NCBI RefSeq assembly: GCF_009914755.1
Contig: NC_060926.1
Length of the DNA: 64,000 bases
Origin: the human T2T-CHM13v2.0 reference genome, Homo sapiens
Direction: 5' to 3' (one strand)
The position numbers and the translations under genes are program-made. Position 1 is the first letter of the stretch. Each line of letters opens with the position of its first letter. The notes under the pieces were generated by a model, which was given only the letters and a program-made list of their open reading frames with translations, ran no database searches and was not told the origin of the DNA. Below are positions 57,887 to 64,000 of the stretch, one piece after another.

Positions 57887-58096
57887 GAATGGAGCTTATA
57901 ACCTATACCTTAGGCAATTGTAAGAATTAGAAATAATTAATGGAAGGGGGCCTAGCCCAGGGCTTGTTGGAATAAGTTAGCTGCTACCCGCGTGTATCCC
58001 CATGAACCACCAATTTGACTAAATCTTCTCTAATTTTCTAGCTTCCTTTAACATACTGATCTTCCACCATACCCACATTGCCAATCTCTCCTCTTT

Positions 58097-58445
58097 TGTG
58101 GAGTCCTGATAAGATAAGTAAGCAACAATGAGGAAGGGGTCCCAGATGGGTAGAACAATTGTTCTGAGAGATGACTAATCACAGACAACCCGCTGGCACA
58201 ACATCCTGTTCCCAATACCTCATTCTGCACATATCCCCCTCCAGTACGATTCTAAAAAACTTCCCTCCAACCCCTGCCTCTTTGCAGACAACTCCTTCTC
58301 TGCTATGCTGCCCATTGCACCTTGCAATGTATCTTCATACTTTCTCGAATAAATCTGCCTTTCATTACCTATGACTGTCTTTGTAAATTCCTTTACCACC
58401 TGCCATACCTGCCCCAGCCAGTCACACACAGGACACCCTTCTATT
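58097..58445 (+). mobile_element. ERV1 solo LTR (MER66-like, uncertain)
   Basis: tgtggagtcctgataag... start, aataaatctgcc poly(A) region, gtaaattcctttacc. Confidence 0.55.
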
Positions 58446-59413
58446 GAAATCAGGAAATAAGACTGTAACCATGGCAACTAGCACAGACACATTTATGTTA
58501 CTCAACATCATTTGGAACCTCAGGGTTCCTCACCCAACCTTTGACTTCTAATCCTGCTCACAGCATCAAGTTAATTTTTTTCTTTAAACAAAAATTTATT
58601 TTAAGTGGAGATGGGGGGATGGTCTCACTATGTTGCTCAGGTTCGTCTCGAACTCCTGACCTCAAGCAATCCTCTCGCCTCAGCATCTCCAGTAGCTGGG
58701 ATTACAGGCACCAGCCACCACACCTGGCTCACAGAATCTATTTATAAGCTTTTCCTCTCTACTTAAAACCCTAGTTCTACTCCCCATCCTTCTCATTCTT
58801 AGGAGATACCTTTGTCTCTCACTTTTTCAACAGGCCTACCATCCATCATTAAGTCCTCATTTTCCCTCCCCTTCACCATCTTTTCATCCAATTCCACCCA
58901 TGTCCTGTGTAAAAGTAATGGAGAACCTGTCATTCTCCAAAGTCGACTTCCCATCTCTTTGTAACAGTCCTGTCATAATCTCTTTTCCCTCTTAGAGCTT
59001 CAGTCTCCCCTCTTTGCTTTATCTTGACCAGTAAACACACATTTGAGTCTTTACAACCAAAGGTAATTCCCTCAACCTGGCTCCCTGAGCTATTCCAGTT
59101 CCTCCATTCCCTTTACTCCTTGGAAATGTATTTTACACTCCTCCTCTTTACCTCTCCCTTGCTCTTAATGTCTTAACTCAAACCACTCCAGACAAACAAC
59201 TTTTCAAGGTGATCCTAAACTTTCTGATTGCCAAATCCAAAAGCATTTTCCAGCCTTCATCCTACCTGACCTCTACTCATTATTTGACATTGTTGACTGC
59301 AGATGTTGTATGGAACCGAGAAATAGGAAGAAAAGGGGAGTGGGCCCCCTTTCATACCCTTAACTCAAGTCTTCACAAAATGTTAGAGTGCAGGCCTGGT
59401 TGACTACCTGTCT

Positions 59414-59841
59414 GTAGTTCATTGCATTAGTATTCCCAGTTCTTCACTTGTCAGGTGATTTTGCAGTTCTTCCCACTACAGGTGGAGTATCATCCCCTGA
59501 CTCTTGACTTTGGGTTCAGCCATGTGACCTGCTGTGGCCAATGGGATAGACAAGTGTTAATGAGAGGCCTGAAATGCACTTAAATGGTTGGTCTTGCTCT
59601 CTTGCCTTTCTGGTCTCAAACACTATGAGAAGTCCATACCTAGTATAGCCCACTGGTCCAGGAAGAGTGAAAGACATGTTGAGCAGAGATACCCAGCCAA
59701 TCTACAAACTGCAGCCTAAATTAGAGCCACCCCAGCTGACCACAGCCTCTTAAGTGAGAAACAAATACTTCGTGTTGTATGCCACTGCCTTTTGGGTTGG
59801 TTGGTTACATAACTTTTTTGTGACAATAGCTATCTGATACA
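59414..59841 (+). mobile_element. MLT1-family LTR
   Basis: gccatgtgacctgctgtggccaatggga...aatagctatctgataca. Confidence 0.75.
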
Positions 59842-60111
59842 CACTTCCTTCAAAAAAGTTTATCTTACCTTAGCTTCTGGAGCACTTCACTCTTCTAATT
59901 CTGCTCCCATTGTACTTGAGCTTCTTAGTCTTCTCCACCATGTTTTTTAGTCCATCTACAAGCTCAGTTCTCTTTTCAGCCTTCTTTTCTAGCCACTTCT
60001 CACTCTCTCCCTGAGTGATCTCATTTAATCCCAGAGGGTAAAAAATAATTTTACATTTGACTTTGAAAGTTTTCCTTTAAACTTCAGACCCAGATGCTGG
60101 CTGCCTTCTGA

Positions 60112-60336
<225 letters not shown>

Positions 60337-61319
60337 TGAATTTCTGAATTCATGACAAAATCAGCTCTGACTCCTTCCTATCTTCTCTCTGACAGATAAA
60401 CCACCACCTATTATTATTTATTCAATAGCCACAAATTTGCGTCGTTCCAGCCCAGTCCTACACAAAGACAAGAAACCTGGGGTGAGTCACTGCACCTGAG
60501 CAGATCCATGGACTGGTTGCCTTGTGCCAACATGGCTGGGACAAAGATCAGTCTCTGGAAGTTTGCCCTCCAAGCTTCATTCAGAGCTTGGTTCAGAAGA
60601 CAGACTCAGAACAATTTCATCTTTGCTTCCAATCATAATGGCCCCCTGACTACTATTCCAAATGTAAACCCCTCAGACTATCTCTCTCCCTCACTGCTCT
60701 TAATTCCTCCTCACTACTGACTTGTACTTTAAGCCAGACTCTTTTAACTTTTTCCCAGAATACTCCTGCTACTGCCCCCCTTAAATGAGCTTTGGCCTCC
60801 CTTTGATAACTCTATATCCCTTACAGCCTTTCTGAGACAAAGTTGATGGTTCTGTTCTTCCATCATCATCCTCAATGCCTGGCCCTGGTCCTCTCACTGC
60901 ACTGCCTTCCAAATGCCAACTGTGAATCAATCATCCTTCTCTAGTCCTATGCACCTGAAGTGCCAAAGGCAACTGGAGAAGAGAGCACAGATGTGCAAAC
61001 TGGTGCTGCCTTAGGTACCAATCTCTGCAAAGGTCTGTGTGCCTCCCTTCCCCAATGCCTTCTACCTGCCCCTAGTAAACTCACATTCATATTTACCTGT
61101 TTGACTGGAAACACCTCACTAATTTTCTCAAGCTCTAGAACTCCACTACGCACACATGCACACAGAGTAGTTTGCCTCACTCCTCCTCATTTAAAAAAAG
61201 ACATCACTGTATGAGAACTCCCTTATTCCAGTACTATTGCTACGTTACAAGTCATGCCAAACTTAGCAGCAGCAGCATATAACAAGAGCTATTTTCCTAT
61301 TCTCATAGATTCTGTGATT

Positions 61320-64000
<2,681 letters not shown>

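Noticed and set aside
58152-58165. Perfect palindrome AGAACAATTGTTCT resembling a steroid-receptor element
   Set aside because: The spacer is 2 nt rather than the canonical 3, and it lies inside an LTR.

Overview
Primate (human-like) genomic DNA containing the 5' end of EXOC6B (exocyst Sec15-like subunit) on the minus strand. The window has a CpG-island promoter (~50.1-51.1 kb), coding exon 1 (113 nt, 50848-50736, MERGKMAEAESLETAAEHERILREIESTDTACIGPTL-R), ~50.7 kb of intron 1 running off the left edge, and ~13 kb of upstream DNA. No other protein-coding exon was recognised. Most of the rest is interspersed repeat: about 43 Alu pieces, L1, L2, MIR, MaLR/ERV1 LTRs (THE1, MLT1, MER21, MER50) and DNA-transposon fossils (MER5A, MER58A, Tigger3/4, half MADE1). 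Most ORFs in the track are repeat-derived or chance frames. I found no convincing new biological system. The best leads are: competing splice donors, a hairpin and G-runs around exon 1; a candidate 77-nt poison exon; a templated ~160-bp insertion inside an old L1; a half-MADE1 with an intact SETMAR site; a possible integrase-like fossil peptide; and an Alu strand-bias switch at the promoter. Repeat subfamily names and boundaries are by-eye estimates.
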